A DNA stretch of 64,000 nucleotides from Lama guanicoe (GCA_013239625.1 MU054391.1:2447130-2511129), one strand, 5' to 3'. Positions 24,780-38,560 are shown, numbered from the stretch's first letter. Notes: generated by a model not told the origin, from the sequence alone. Made by a program: numbers and translations.

Positions 24780-27700
24780 AGAAACCGAGACACCAAGTGG
24801 ACAAAGTGCAAACATGAGTCCAAGAAAGATGGGCTTGGTTTCCAGACCAGGCACCGGCAGCCGGAGCTGGTGACCGGTCGGAAGAGAGGAGCACCCACGA
24901 CGGCAGCGCTCACTGCCCTGGGCCTTTGCTCATCTCAGCTATCTTATTTAATAAACGAAGAATGTGAAAGTCTGACAGGAGCCACCAGGAATCACACAGG
25001 CAGCGAGAGGCGGGGAGCGCACAGTTCGGAAGGCCATGAAGGTGAATGGAACCAAAGAGGCAAATAGGAGACAAGGACCAAAGATGTCGTGCGCATGAGG
25101 TATGTTCTCTCTGTCATGAAACCGCTAATCTTTCTAGGATGCAGCTCAAGCCGGGAACACATCACAGCGAGAGAGAGTGAGCAGGAGTGTGTGGACTCTG
25201 GCCCTGGCTCTCGGCCAGAGGAGACATGGCCACAAGCCCGGGGTGGAAAGGTGTCCCAGACCTGTCAGGCTGTGCACCGCGTCTGCACACTGCAAACGTA
25301 TTTTGCATGTTAGAATCTGCATGTTAAAGTCCGGAAACTAACATATGGACTGTAAACTGAACTATAGTTCCATTTAAAAACCATCCTTGCTAACACTGTT
25401 TGGACACTGGCCTAATACAGGCATGTCCAAGTTAAAGAAAATCCATGTAGAGCTGGACACTGGAGGCTGCTCAGGGTGCGAACACTCAGAAGTTGCCGCT
25501 GATGCTGCCTGTGCGCTTCCGTTGTTTCCCACGGTACAGGCAGAAACCCGAACCAGCAGTGAGAGCAAAGCTTACCGGCACCTCTGCAGCTAGAAGCCAA
25601 GGGGGACCTGCGCTCGCACTGAGGTCTGTCTAGCTGTAAGTCTTATGTCCTTTCTACCACATCTTCTAAATGTCTACCCAGAAATTCCTGTCATTTTCCC
25701 TTCATGCCACTCCCATATCATATAATTCTCCAAACTCAGGTCAAAGAATGGAAACAGAACAACATAGCTCATGCCCGAAGTCCTTCTCCACCTGCAGTTT
25801 TTTGGGTTCTTTTAAGAATCCTCTGTTTTTCCAAAGTTATTCTGTATTCATGGTTTATTGCCTATTTCTCTGCATTTTAAAAATAACAGCAACAGTAGCA
25901 AGAAAGAAACCTGTAACCATCTCACAATTATCTACGTATTTTTCTCTAGTTGAACCAAATCCAGTGCTGCGGAGCCCCCCTGGCTGTACTGTCAGACACA
26001 CCATCAAAACCATTAGAAGAGCCACCGAGGGAGCACGGAAGCACATCTTGAGTGTGCTTTGCCCGAATCCGTTCTTCACGGTTTTGCGATTGTTGTATTT
26101 TCCATAAAACTGATCTCCATGTAGACCGTTACGGTGAATTTCACAACAACTAATACAATTACCCCCAAATGGAGAAAGCGTGGTCTTGTCCACCTCACTG
26201 TGGGGAAGCGCGATCTTGGCGAGTCGACAGTTGCTGGGCGGAACAAGCCAGCTTTGAGCTCGAGCAGGGAGCTTGGAGCTAACGTGTGCTGGAGGCGAGA
26301 ATGATATTGGGTATCCTTAATTAACAGCTGCTTTTGATCAGGGATTTAGAAGTTAGCACCTGCAAGGAAGTGAGAATTGAATTCAGAATGGCCTATCTAA
26401 ACTGAAGAGCTGCTGTGCCGGGTGGAGCTTAGAGCCCTTACCGAGGGACGCAGGAAAGCCGCCGTGAGCGATGTGGGTTGGAGACACATGGTTACGTGTT
26501 TCTGTTTCTGGAAAAGGCATTCACACATTGAATAATGAATTATTTTCTGCTTTTAATGTCTCCAGAATATGAGCACATGCGGAATATTCAATTTTTGTCT
26601 TTTTTTAAGGAAATAATTATCATTCATGTGTCTCTAAGGCACAGCTGCTTACAGCTCTGAAGCTCACTTTCCCCACTAGTAAAACGGTTTTATAATGTGG
26701 ACCTTGCACTCCTGCTGGGAAGAGTCGGCTTAAGAAGAACACAGTGCGTGTGACAGTCCCTGGCACACGGGGAACACACGCTCGCTTGGCGTCCCCTTCC
26801 GGGGCCTAGCACCTCGCCCGCTGGATGACGCAAACTCTTCATGGGTCCCTAAGTGAGCAGCCGGTGAACGGGGCCTCTGGGCTCCACCTGCAGCTCTGTT
26901 TTCACTGGGATTGCTTCCCTGTTCTTTTCCACCTGTTCAGACATCTCTCTCATCGGGACGTGTGTATAATGAAATAGTATCTATCGTTTTTCTCAAATTA
27001 CTATATAACTGGGCACCCTGAATTTTTCTTTGCTAAACCTGGCGGGCCTGCCCTCGGAGGTCCTGAGGCTCCGCACTCTGCGACTTCTGGGGGATGCTGT
27101 TCGTGGTGCAGCAGACGCACGGACGGCGAGGGGGAGCGGGCCTGCCTCCAGACACAGGCGGCTTCTCACCATCCCTTTGGCGCTTCTCTGCCCCCTGCTT
27201 CCCCAGCTCTGTCCAGGGTCTGCCGCAAGGTCCCCACATGTCAGCCACACTCATCTCTGCCTCCAGAATGTCTTTTTTTACTGATTAACACCTGAGATCA
27301 TCTCTGTGCCTTTACCAATCTGCTTCCAAGTATCCATCTTCACTGTTCGACTAGTTTTGAATAACTTCACTATTTCTATTTTTTCCTTTCTCTAGGCTTC
27401 ATAGGTATCTGTTCAGCTCTTATCAAAAGTGCACTTATGTTCCCTTAGGGTCCCGAGTTTGGACTGACCCTGTGCAAGATCTCAGCGGTTCTTCATGCTG
27501 CCTGACTTTGGGATTCAGATAGTCAAACACTCTCTATAAACGTTTCTTATTTCAGCTCGCTGTGGTAATTACATCTTGGCATATCCAGAGCACTGAAGAG
27601 TTACTCCAGAAAATTACAGATAATCTTCTATCATTATTTTTAATTAATAGCTAGTCTTTATTGAGACTTTTCAGAGTGTGAATCTGATACTAACCACTTG

Positions 27701-27748
27701 CACAGGAATTACACAACATTGTAAGTCAACTATACTTCAGTTAAAAAA
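27701..27748 (+). mobile_element. Short LINE-1 3' tip inside a MIR
   Basis: cacaggaattacacaacattgtaagtcaactatacttcagttaaaaaa aligns by eye with the end of the 24324-24779 element; the flanks (27640-27850) are MIR-like. Confidence 0.7.
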
Positions 27749-28349
27749 TGAGATAGTTACTATTATTGTATCTATTTTATATACAGAAAAAAACCCTATA
27801 AGTACCCTGCGCTAAGTCACATAGTATCAAGTGGAGCTGAGGCCGTCTATTATAAGGTCTGGCAGGAAAACACCTTAGCATTTGGTAAACTGCCAGTAAG
27901 TACTTTTCAATTAAAAAAGCAGAACTCCTAGAAGTCCCTTGATTAGCATGTTCACGTTTGCTTAATCATATAAATTCCCTATTTGTTTGAGCTGGGTTCT
28001 AAAACTCTGCGCTCTTCGTGTATTACAGTCATTCTCGACCATCGTGACGAGTTAAACCTCACGGGTCTCACGGCTACCTGTGAGATTTCCCAGAGAAGGA
28101 CACGCAATGTCTCTACTCCGTGGCAACTGTCAATGGCTAGAACCTCAAACTAAAGACTGATCGTCCTTTACAACGGAGTCAAAATGATCCTAAGTAATGG
28201 TTTTACTAATAATTTTTTTTGCATATAAGCACCAACTTAGCTTCTTCTTAATGAGGCATAAATATCTAGTACAAAATATGTTGTCAGAAAGAATCTCTAT
28301 TTCCTCAAGCTTATTTTCTTAGAACTTATTCAGCTATCCATTCACGTGC

Positions 28350-28600
28350 AGTTATTTATTAGTGAGTCAGCCTGGTAGTTGAGGAGTCAAAATATACCTA
28401 ACCAGCACCTGCTCTGTGAAGGCTCTGTGCTTAGGGGTGAGTCCTGGGTGATGACCAAGCCTGCAGAACGTGGACCTTCATGCCACTGGAGCTGTTTTAA
28501 GGAGACAGAAATCCAGGAAGCAAACCAAATAAAGGAATATGCATGTGGGATGTGTGTGTGTACTCAGATGTTTAAATGAGAACTGTAAAGGGAAGGAATT
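28350..28600 (-). mobile_element. LINE-2 3' fragment
   Basis: ccagcacctgctctgtgaaggctctgtgcttagggg...ccttcatgccactggagct...ggagacaga. Confidence 0.55.
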
Positions 28601-31600
28601 CGTAGGCACTGTCTTCTTACCCTTGTGGTCTTTTAATGAATAAGGTAACTCACATTTTTCTCAGAACAGAGCAGAGGCGTTAGATTCCTAGGACACGTAC
28701 ATTTTCCCATTATGTAATCATCACTTGAATCTGCAATGCATGGCCAAGAACCAAGAAATGATCGGCAGGCAGCCGGGCCATGGATGTAAAAACACTCTCA
28801 CCCCTTTCATTTTCTAAGCAGGTAACCTGTCAAAGTTCCGCGGTACTTGGGAGCAGGCGCCAGTAGTCATGCCTGGTCTGAGGAGCAGCTTCTTATGCTC
28901 GTTCTCACGAGAAGAACGAGTCGAGGAAGTTATTCCCCAAATGCAAACACGCGCAAATAACCACAATTTAGTCCACAGAATATGCTCTTGCTCAGAATCC
29001 CGGGACAAGGACACTACAAATCTGCAGAGGGAAAGGACACTTCAGTTCATTCGTATTAACATGGCATTGCTATTGAGCTAGGAAATGAATCTTTTAAAAG
29101 AATAGTATCAAATAATTTAATTTCTGTAATGTGGAAAATTGAGAAACAGCTACTGAAGAATATCCAGTAGGCCATCAAACAATACATTCCCTTCTTTTAC
29201 CTTAAAGTGATGATTAATCAAATGAAATGTGACTGTGGAATTTAGTGATTTTAATTTGCTGTGTGTTTTGTGAAGGCCGGTGAGTGATTTAATCATCAAC
29301 GTTAATTTAGTAGTCTTTTAAAATACAGAGAAAAATGTGTAACTTAACAGACCCAATAAGTCACAACTCCATAAAATGCATGGTGTTTCCTTACTTCTCT
29401 TTAGGGAAACCAAAGAGTTATATGACTACAAATGGTTTTGAGATGAAACTCAGGGTGATTGAAGCTCAGATGGTGAAGTCTGTACATCACAGCCCTCTCT
29501 GAGTTCAAATATGTGATTTTAATCAAATAATGGAGCTTTATGGGTTGCACAGAAAACCAAGTCAACAGAATGCTCATCGTGGAAGAAGAAAGAGTCCAGA
29601 AAGCAGGTGAGGGGCAGCCATGGTACCTGTTCATGTACTAGAATCAAGGAAAGAAAGAAAAAGCCAAAAGGAGGAAGCTGTCCGACCTAAGGCCATGGGA
29701 AGTCTGGGTGAATTCTGGGCTGAAAGGAAGGTACAGAGTCTCTTTTCACTGTTTGGGGCTAGCATAGAATGGTAATTCTTCAGAGAAATGTTCAGTCTCT
29801 GCTCTTAAACAGATGAAAATGCAGCAGGGAGACAGATTACTGAAAATGATCATTGCATCGGATCTGTGCAAAGGTGGTGGCGAGGGCAGGCCCCCAAAGA
29901 CAGTGGAATTCTAGCAGGGAAGGAAAGGTGACGGACGAAGGGGGAAGAAGGGCACAGAACGAGGTCCAAGTTTGGGAATTCAGCTGAGGCAAGTCCCTTA
30001 CTGGCCGCATGAAGACTTTTTTGGTAGAACTTGGCTTACTGTTCCCATCTCACACTGGTGGCCCAATTGTCTCCATCTGCATAGAGGACAGAATTAACTT
30101 TCCAGTAGGTACAAAAGCCCATGAGAATTTAGCTGCCCTAAGGCAGAGTCGTTCTGGTTTCTGTACGTGCAGTGTGCAGCGCAGCCTTACATGTTGCAGG
30201 CACTTAATAAATGCGTGTTATTGTTGAACAGACGATGCCACCAAAGGTGAGCTTCATAAACTGGGGCGACTCAGATTTCTCCTCCATGTTTCATTGAGCC
30301 TTGACCCCAAGGCCAGACTAATGCGGACAAAGCATAAACACTGATGGAGGACCCCTATCCATTGGAAACCTGGTTAAACTTGGCTTAGCCTCACTTCGGT
30401 GGGCTGTTGATGAAACACTGACATCATCTCTACAAGTTCCTTATGGAGAAACAGAAGCCAGATGAGAAGCCTGGCCCATTTTCAGGTTTGCACAGTGCAC
30501 ACACACACATACATGCACACCTGCTCGCTTGCATAGACGTATATGAATATTTACCCAGAGTCTCCCTGTATTTGGAATATTTGTTACGATATTTTGGACT
30601 GGGTCAGTGGATTGAGTTAGGGGCACGTGTCACCACGTCTCTGCAAGCTCTAGGCACCACGGGACGCTGTAATAACAACATCTTTAATAACAGCTTCGCT
30701 GGCACGGGTCTCAGCGCCTGCTGTGGCACACTGCGCCTGCTGTAACGTCGGTAACAGCTTGCCACCGTGCCTGCTGGAGTGCAGGGGTCCCCTCTTGCCC
30801 GGGGACCCTTCTCTGAGAGTTTTCTGCCCCATCCGCCCTGTGGATGCACAGGCCCACAGGATCACCTGGTCCGTGTCTCACCAGTGCCACCAGCCTCCAG
30901 CAAAAGGCTGAAATGACCCGCTGCGTCTGGATTATCAGAGCGGAAGCAGCGCAGGCTCCTCCCCGGTCATCGACGGGCCGGCGCGGCCCTGGGTGTGCGG
31001 GAGGGTCGCAGCTCTTCCTGCTGTCTTGAGATCGTCATTATACGAATATTTTGGACTCCTTGACGTTGAAAAGACAACGCTGGCTAATCTGACCCTAGAA
31101 CCTTGACGCCGAGGAACATGTGGACACTGCCTGTTGCTAAGTACAAGCGGCTAAATTGAATTTATACTGACACTGATGGATTTTGCCTCAACCGCTCGCT
31201 GGCGCTGGCGGCCGGCTCCCCAGGCTGCGGCTCCACGCAGCTCAAGGCAGTCTCTTTCACTTTCTTTCTGTCGTGCTTTCGCTGGTGTGCAGCTAAGTTT
31301 ACCACCGTGCCACGCTTATTTTAAAGTGACGATTTACAATATTCATATGTTTACCCGTAACAAATTTATCAATGACAGACAGAATAGAAATCATCTTCCC
31401 AAATTTAATTTTTCAAGGAAATTTTACTGATTTTGTGTCTGCTAAGAAATCTCCATTGTTTCATTGCCTTTTAAACTAATGCAATTTACTTTGTGTTATT
31501 TCAAACGTGTGTAACTTTTCTGAAGTTTTCCTTTGCGGTTTTAATGTTACTAATAAATTGTCATTTCTTAGGCAGTTCTTTTGTCTGTAATAATTTCACC

Positions 31601-33044
31601 ACGTTCCACCATGCTGGCTATTCTTCATTTTATTTTTTATGTTGGACACCTCCGGCAGTAATGTTGACTGTACATTTTTCAGAGACTGACAGTGTTTTTT
31701 CACTGACTGACGTGAAGAGCGGAGACCGCTAGAGCGGCCCAGGCACAGGGTCTGAGCGCGCCGGCGTCAGAAGCGAGAGCCTCCCGCGTCTCCGCGCACG
31801 TCGGTCGCCCCAGGCTCGTGGGTGCCGGGGCCGGACCACCCTGGCACCCACACTCTCTCTGTGAGTAAAACAGCATCTTCAGGATGTGAATCATCAGAGA
31901 GAATGGTCCAAACAGAAAGAAGTCGTCTTTGCTGAGTATCAACTAAAAAGAAGCAAAAGACAATGAAGACGCAGATAATTTGTATCTAAACATAGATAAT
32001 ACACATTTTTTTTTTGCCAAGAGAATGCTTAAATTAAGCTCCTGAGAGCAGGAAAATTTCCAACCTTCTCCAAAAAGTAAACACTTTCTAGATGGGACCC
32101 AAACTAACTATAAAATTGAGTCTGGAAGCACTTTGTTACAAGGCTGGAAATGAGGCTGATTAAAATGGATCAATGCTGTCCAGGAACAATCCTAGAAAAG
32201 GCTGGGATGCGCCTGTTTCCAGCCAATGATGCATCTTTCTGGATCCCTCCCCACGCTGGCATCCTGTCTGTCTGTCAATGTCAGAAGTTTGACTATTTTC
32301 ACTGCACCCATTTTCTGGACTTAGATGTCTGACTTACTCCGGCTTAAGTCCACATTCTGCTCCACTCAGCAAGACCCGTCTCTCTTGTCCCCTGGGAAGT
32401 GGGTGGATGTCAGTGGTGTGTTGGTAAGTGTTTACCAGCTGCCCATAAAAAAGCCATTCCTGTGGTCTTTGCCAATCTCTGTGGTGCACACACTCCCACG
32501 ATTGCTGAATTCAAGGCAACGGTGTGACTGAGTTTGGAGCTGGTAAGAAGTGTGCACGTCACAGGCTGCTGGGAGCTGGCTCCAGCCCACTGTGGGGGTG
32601 CCGGCTTTCTAGCCACTGTGGGAAGTTACGAGGTGGGAAATTCAGAGAGGGGAGTGGGGAATTGCCCCCCATATCGAGGGGAGAGAAGACAGGGAAGGCG
32701 CCGGGTAAGGTAAACTGCTATTTTGGCCTCCCAGGTGAGCATCCTGGGGTAAGTGCCCAGGTGGGGTTTGGTCATATGTATGGAAGGGGTCCTGAGCCTA
32801 CTGAGCAGGGGAAGTCACCCTTGAAGTTTTAAGTCTATTTCTCAGTTATTTTCAAACTTTTCTATCATAAGACTCACATAGAGATGCGTCTTCAAAGTGC
32901 ATACATGGTTTTAACCCAATGGCTTGAATCAGTCCTTCTAGGAAGACTCTTGAGAAATTACGTTTCAGCAAGTAGGCGAGACCAGGAAACACAGAATTTG
33001 AAGCCGTGACGTAGGGTGTAATTATCTGAGGGAGAGCCGGCAGA

Positions 33045-33226
33045 GCGGTGTTCTCCTGCCCTTACTGTGCACAGAACCACCTCAGGGAGTTCACAAATTC
33101 TATTGCCTAGTAGATTCGTCCCGCAGACTCAGACTGAATCTGCCGGGGCTGCGGGAGAGTGGACACCTGCAGGTGTGAGGGGCTCCCCGGGGGAGTCTAA
33201 CACGCAGCCCGTGCTGGGAACCGATG
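33045..33226. mobile_element. MER5A-type hAT DNA transposon
   Basis: gtgttctc...tgtgcacagaaccacctcagggagtt...gactgaatct...ctccccgggggagtctaacacgcagcccgtgctgggaaccgatg. Confidence 0.7.
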
Positions 33227-34386
33227 ACGGGTGTACCGGCCGTGGGGCCTGGCAACAGAGCTGGGGGAAGCGCAGCAGCTCAAGTGAAAGCACGTGACAC
33301 TGCAGCTGCAGCTTATAGGCTGATGTCTGTGTCTCTCAATGCGCTGTGCCCCCCAGGCTGAGCGCACGTCTGCTTTTCTTCTTTGTCCCCAGCTCCTACC
33401 CAGTGGTCGGCATATGGTGATCCTGCAATAAATGTGGAGTGACTGAGTGTCCTAATTGGCTTCCTCCATCAATAACTTGGTGATAATGTGTTGATTAATG
33501 CATTATCTTGTTCTGAGTAACATATTTGCATCTCTGCAGGGCCATCTGCAGTCAAGACTTAACCCAAAGAAATGCCTCCCCCGCTGGGGAAGGCAGGTGG
33601 GAAAGGCATTTCTGTGTTCAGCTTTCTGCTTCCTACAAACTGTACCACGCGGGCAGCTCGTTACTACTAAGTGCAGTTTCGTGTCCTGCTAGATTTTGTT
33701 TTTTTAAATGTTCATAAGACATCAACTTCCCAGCTGGAAGGTACAGCCAAGGATTTTGGAATAATTGTTTTAAAAGGAGATACAACAGATACTATTCACG
33801 TATTGAAAAGCAGTTAAAGCCTTCTGAGTGCTAGATAAGGTCAAACTTTCCCAAATGTGTAAAAAAGGGCGTTTTCCTCCTAGGCAGAAAAGGTTATTTT
33901 CACAATGATAAAAGTGAATCTATTCCAAAAGCAAACTTCTCATTCTCAGTACAATGGCTTTGGAGTCTGAGCACAGAAGATACTCAAGGACGCTTCTGGC
34001 GCCCGCAGTTTACTCGGTAAAGAATGTGCACCTTGTTCCTCGTACTCATGGCCAGTTAGGAAAGAGTCGGGGCCTGTTTCCTCTCAGTCCGCTTCTCCCA
34101 GGTGACTTACCTCGTCCTGTTTTGTTCTCTTGATTTTCTCAATGACAATGAAAACGGAATCCAGTGAGAGAGAAGGGCTTTCCGCTTACTGCAATTTGTT
34201 CTGCTTGGATCACAATGAACGGCCACCCCGCTCTCCCCTGTGCGTGAGAAGCACGCGTTTCTCGGGGTATGTCTCCCCCGGGCGTCTCCACCTGGGTTTT
34301 GAGGGAAGGCTGGCTGGATGCAACCACTGGTGGGTAAATGCTGTGTAGGCTTGTCTACGCATCTGTCTACATTAGATCACGCGTCT

Positions 34387-34596
34387 CCGGTTATCAGGCA
34401 CAGTGGCTTCGTCCCATAGGGGACGCTGCCAGCCTCTGGAGACATTTTCGGTGGTCCCACTTGGGGGATGCGACGGTGCTGCTGTGTCTGACGGTGGAGG
34501 CCTGGGGCACCGGGGAGCATCAAGTACGCCCCGGCTAGCCCTTGACAAAGCAGCTCTCCAGCCCTAACGTCACGCGTGCCGAGGCTGAGAAGCTGG
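34387..34596 (+). mobile_element. MER20 hAT DNA transposon
   Basis: ggggacgctg...tctggagacattttcggtggtcccacttggggg...gtggaggcc...gtgccgaggctgagaagc. Confidence 0.8.
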
Positions 34597-35117
34597 CCTG
34601 TGTCTGCATTCACGTCTGTCTCTGCACATCCCACGGTTACGTAGCCCTTATGTGACCCAAGCTTCCAGGAGGTGCAGTCAGTCCCCTACATCCTGTCCAC
34701 TCAGCACTGGTAAATTCCTCGAGGACAGGGCAGCGTCATGCCGTCTGTGCCACCATGAAACCCAGCATGACGCTCTAGACACGGGTGCACAGTGAATGTT
34801 TTCTGAAACAAAGCCGGAGAGCCCAGGGGACTTTGTGTCCTGGTTGCCACTGCCATGGTCCTACCGTGATATGTGAAGAAATTCCTTTTGTTTGATACCT
34901 CGAAGGCCCCTGTAAAAGTGGACACGGCACCTTCAGGATAGAACACTGTAACCCTCCACAGGCACCTCAGCCTAAGGCATCATGTTGCCTAATTACAAAG
35001 CACAGCCCTGAATCAGATAAGGCGCGATCTGACGGAGACTGCGGTGAGAATGTCACAGCATCCTTGGCCGCCCTCTTCAAGCCGCTGGGTTACCAGGAGG
35101 AAGTCTAATATCAAAGG

Positions 35118-35335
35118 TGGTCGTTCTTAACCGGGTGTTTTGGACCCTGGTCTCATGGGGAGAATTTGTCCATGTCTGGGGACGTTTTTCCATTGTCACA
35201 ATCGGCGGGGGGCTACTGGCACCCAGTGGGAGGGGCCAGGGACGCCTCTAGACGCCCCGCAGTGTGCAAGACGACCCCCAGCACACGGACGTGTCCAGCC
35301 CCAAATGTCGGCAGTGCCCAGGCCGAGAAATGCTG
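35118..35335 (+). mobile_element. MER20 hAT DNA transposon
   Basis: atgtctggggacgtttttccattgtcacaatcgg...gctactggcacccagtgggaggggccagggacgc...ccagccccaaatgtcggcagtgcccaggccgagaaa. Confidence 0.85.
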
Positions 35336-38319
35336 ATGGAAATTAAGCAGCGCGTGGCCCGTGAGTGGGTGAGCGGTTACAGCCCTGCTCTCATCCACGC
35401 TGATTCACATCACCCTCACCCAGGCCAGGATCACACCTGAGCTCTGCTCTGTTGCTTACCTTGGGCTGATTTTCAAGAGGGAAAAAGAAAAAAAAAGGCA
35501 AGTAACCATCAACCTGATGTCGTCAAAGTGCTTTCATGGAAAGCTCCCCCACCCCCCGGGGATCGTCGCCCTGTCTTTCTTTTCCCCCTCCTGCTGAGCC
35601 AGCTGGAGAAGCCAGGCCCTCCGGAGAGCCCTGGGCCCAGGGAGCTGCCACGCTGGCGCCAGGAGCCAGCAGGGCCCGGTCCCTGGAGGGCTGGCAGTCG
35701 TGGCCTGGGGCCTGCCAAGTGCAAACAGCCTCCAGCAGGTCTGCACTCCAGGAGGTCCTGCCCCGCTGCTCACCCCGGGGCTGGGGGGGGGCGGAGCACG
35801 CAGGCACCCCCTCACCCGCACCCCGTCCTCTGCTGGCTTCCTTCACGGGGCGCGGAGAGCTTCCTGGAGAGGGAGATGAAATACAACAAGCACACGCAGC
35901 AAACCGACCGACCTTGGGTCCCCATCCTGGAGGCTGGCAGGTGTGCACTCCAGGGACACCCTGAGTTTGGATGGAGCCGGGTGACGCAGCTGCCCGCCCC
36001 CTCCCCGCCTCCCAGGGGGCATTGGATGCCATGTGTGCGCCCCTGGGAGGTGGTGGAACTTGCTCCCCGGTTTCAGGGGAGAGTGGTACAACCTTTTAAC
36101 CTCTCAAGCCCTCAGTCTTGAGTTTCAAAGGGTATCAGTTCCGTGGCAGATCCCGTGAGCGGGCGTCCTTCCTCTTGTGGAGAAGGTCACACGTAGCACA
36201 GCAGCTGCCACCTGCCACGTGCCACGTGCCAGCCCAGCTCTCAGAAGCCGTGCACAGATGACCTGCCTTCGCCCCACGGCACTGTGCACCAGAGGGATGG
36301 GCCACAAAGGACCCCACCTGATTTTAGAGTGTGAGGAGCACCCCACAGACAAGAAGAGTCGTTGGGCTCCTGAGCCAAACATCCCCTGAGAACCACCTAG
36401 ATTTAAAACTCATGGGGAAACTTTGGGAAAGTGAAGTTGAGATTGAACTCACTAGGAAGCTTTCAAAAAGCGGCTGGAGAAAATAATGTTCTCAAAGTAG
36501 ACTCGTGCTCCAGGTTTTCCATCACAGCCTCCTCTGCACAGGGACTTGCCGCGGTTAGTCAGGCGAGACCCAGCTGAAGCAGAGAAAAGTCCAGACAGCA
36601 ACGTTTTTGGACGAGCAAGCCGTTCCTTCCGGGAGCCTTTAGAGCAGCTGACTTGGTGTTGGTTTTGGCTGAAGTCAGGATAATTTGTAATTAACTCAGC
36701 ATCACAAGAGCTCATGCTATTTCATGTAAATGTTACTTTTTAAACCCTTCAAAACAGTTTTATAAAGAAGACACATAATTGTCCTATTTATTTGTTCAAA
36801 GATATCACATTCCTAATGAGTGAAATCTGAATTTGTGAGAGTTGGGAGGAAGCAAACTATTTGAGTGAGGTCCTCAAAGCCAGCCTCCGCCCCGTTCCAG
36901 GCCCCTCTGACCTTGTTCTCCATCTCAGCTTCCCCAGGTCTGTCCTCGGGTTCTTCACCCAGAGAACAGACGGCTCCCAGCGTAAGGTGCACTGGACTGG
37001 CGGAAGGAATGGATGCGTGGTTGGAAATTAGAATCAGTGATTGGAAATTGTGCTGAAAAATTGTAACTGTTCAATGAAGAAGAAAATTAGGGACCAGAAG
37101 TTAGAAATTCAAGGTCGATACCGTGCATGAATTGACTGCAGTTTTCTCCATGCATCCAGATGCTGTGGACAACTGCTCACTACACAGCAGAGTTTCAATA
37201 AATTTTATTTTGAATGAATAATATAGAATGAATATAGAAACCTTTGTGGAATAAAAATATTTTTGGCAAATTAAGTGATGAATATAGTTGTGAGTGGCCA
37301 GGCCAGTCGCCCCAACAGCTGTCTTGACGACAAGCACATGTACGATGGGACATTGTGAAGAAAAGGCGTCTCTCAGCATTTCTGAAAAGAGATAGTGACA
37401 CAGCTACATCCCATTAACAACAGAGGTGCCCAGGCTCCTTTCTTCCTGGCTGACTACTGAGTTTCTAATCTTAAGAGATCTGAGAAGGTGTTTCTGATAC
37501 AAATATTCAGTATATTAGCTGCATATTTGGGAAAGGAAAATTTAGGATCTAGAAGAAGACATAGAATAATATACTTGGATTAACTGTAAAAGGATTTTAT
37601 AGATTTCTTCTAAGTTGCCTGGTTTACAAATCACTTCATCAATCCATCTCACATGACACATGTCCTAAAGTTAAGCACTACAATGCGATACTTAGATCTA
37701 AAATTAGAGGCACAAGCACAGTCGGGGGCATAAAGGAATCATGAAGCTCTTATGCGACAGCCCCACCGTCAGATACGGGAGACGTGTGTCGACTCCATCC
37801 ATTCTGGTGCTGAAGCAGCAGCGAGACATCAGAGCCCAGGGGAAGCGCTTGACATGCAAATTCCCGCGCGCAGCGAGGCTGCTGTCCGCACGCCCTGAGC
37901 AACGGAGGCAGCGGGTCACAGTGACGGGAGAGGGACATCCCGGGCGCCTGCAGGCGAGCAAGTCTGCGTGCTTGAGTCCTTCACGTCAGAGAGAGTGATG
38001 CAGACCGTGGGAGGAGGCAGGACGCTGCTGGGCTGCTGCAGAGTCTGGGCTCTACAGGTCTTAGACGAGGCCCCTGCACACGGCTCTCCTGTAAATCAGG
38101 TAGATCTGGATCCTCACCCACGACACCCCCCAAATCAGTCTGAGTCTATGGTGCGACATCAGACTGTCAAGCATGGAAGAAGCTGGGTGGCCAGGCACCC
38201 CTTTGGCACCACGTGAATACAGTTACGGACGATTTCCTTTCCTATAACTGCCCCCATGTACTGCCAGATGGCAGGGACATTGTCTTACTGATATCAGCAG
38301 CGACAATGACAAGACACAG

Positions 38320-38560
38320 AATCATTGCGAACGATAGTCTGCTTTTTACTGCACATGCAACACCTGATAAATCCCTTGCAAATTATATCATTTAACCTTT
38401 TACCAAAGCTCTAAATTACAATGTATGCCAATTATATAAATCAGAAAATGCAGCTGAGAAAGGTACGTTGCTTGCTAAAAGTCATGTAACTATCATGAGG
38501 CAGACGCTTATTTACATAATTTCCTCATCAGATAACAAACCCCATATCCTCTTCACCTCT
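38320..38560 (-). mobile_element. MIR SINE
   Basis: aattatatcatttaaccttttacc...cagaaaatgcagctgagaaaggtacgttgcttgctaaaagtcatgtaact. Confidence 0.6.

Noticed and set aside
29405..29606. Plus-strand exon-like segment (ctctttag|...CAG|gtgagg)
   Set aside because: Stops in all three frames and no supportable partner exons; at most a non-coding exon.
35509..36121. Stack of long overlapping ORFs (up to 197 aa)
   Set aside because: Open on both strands in several frames, P/G/A/R-rich, no recognisable domain; expected in very GC-rich DNA.
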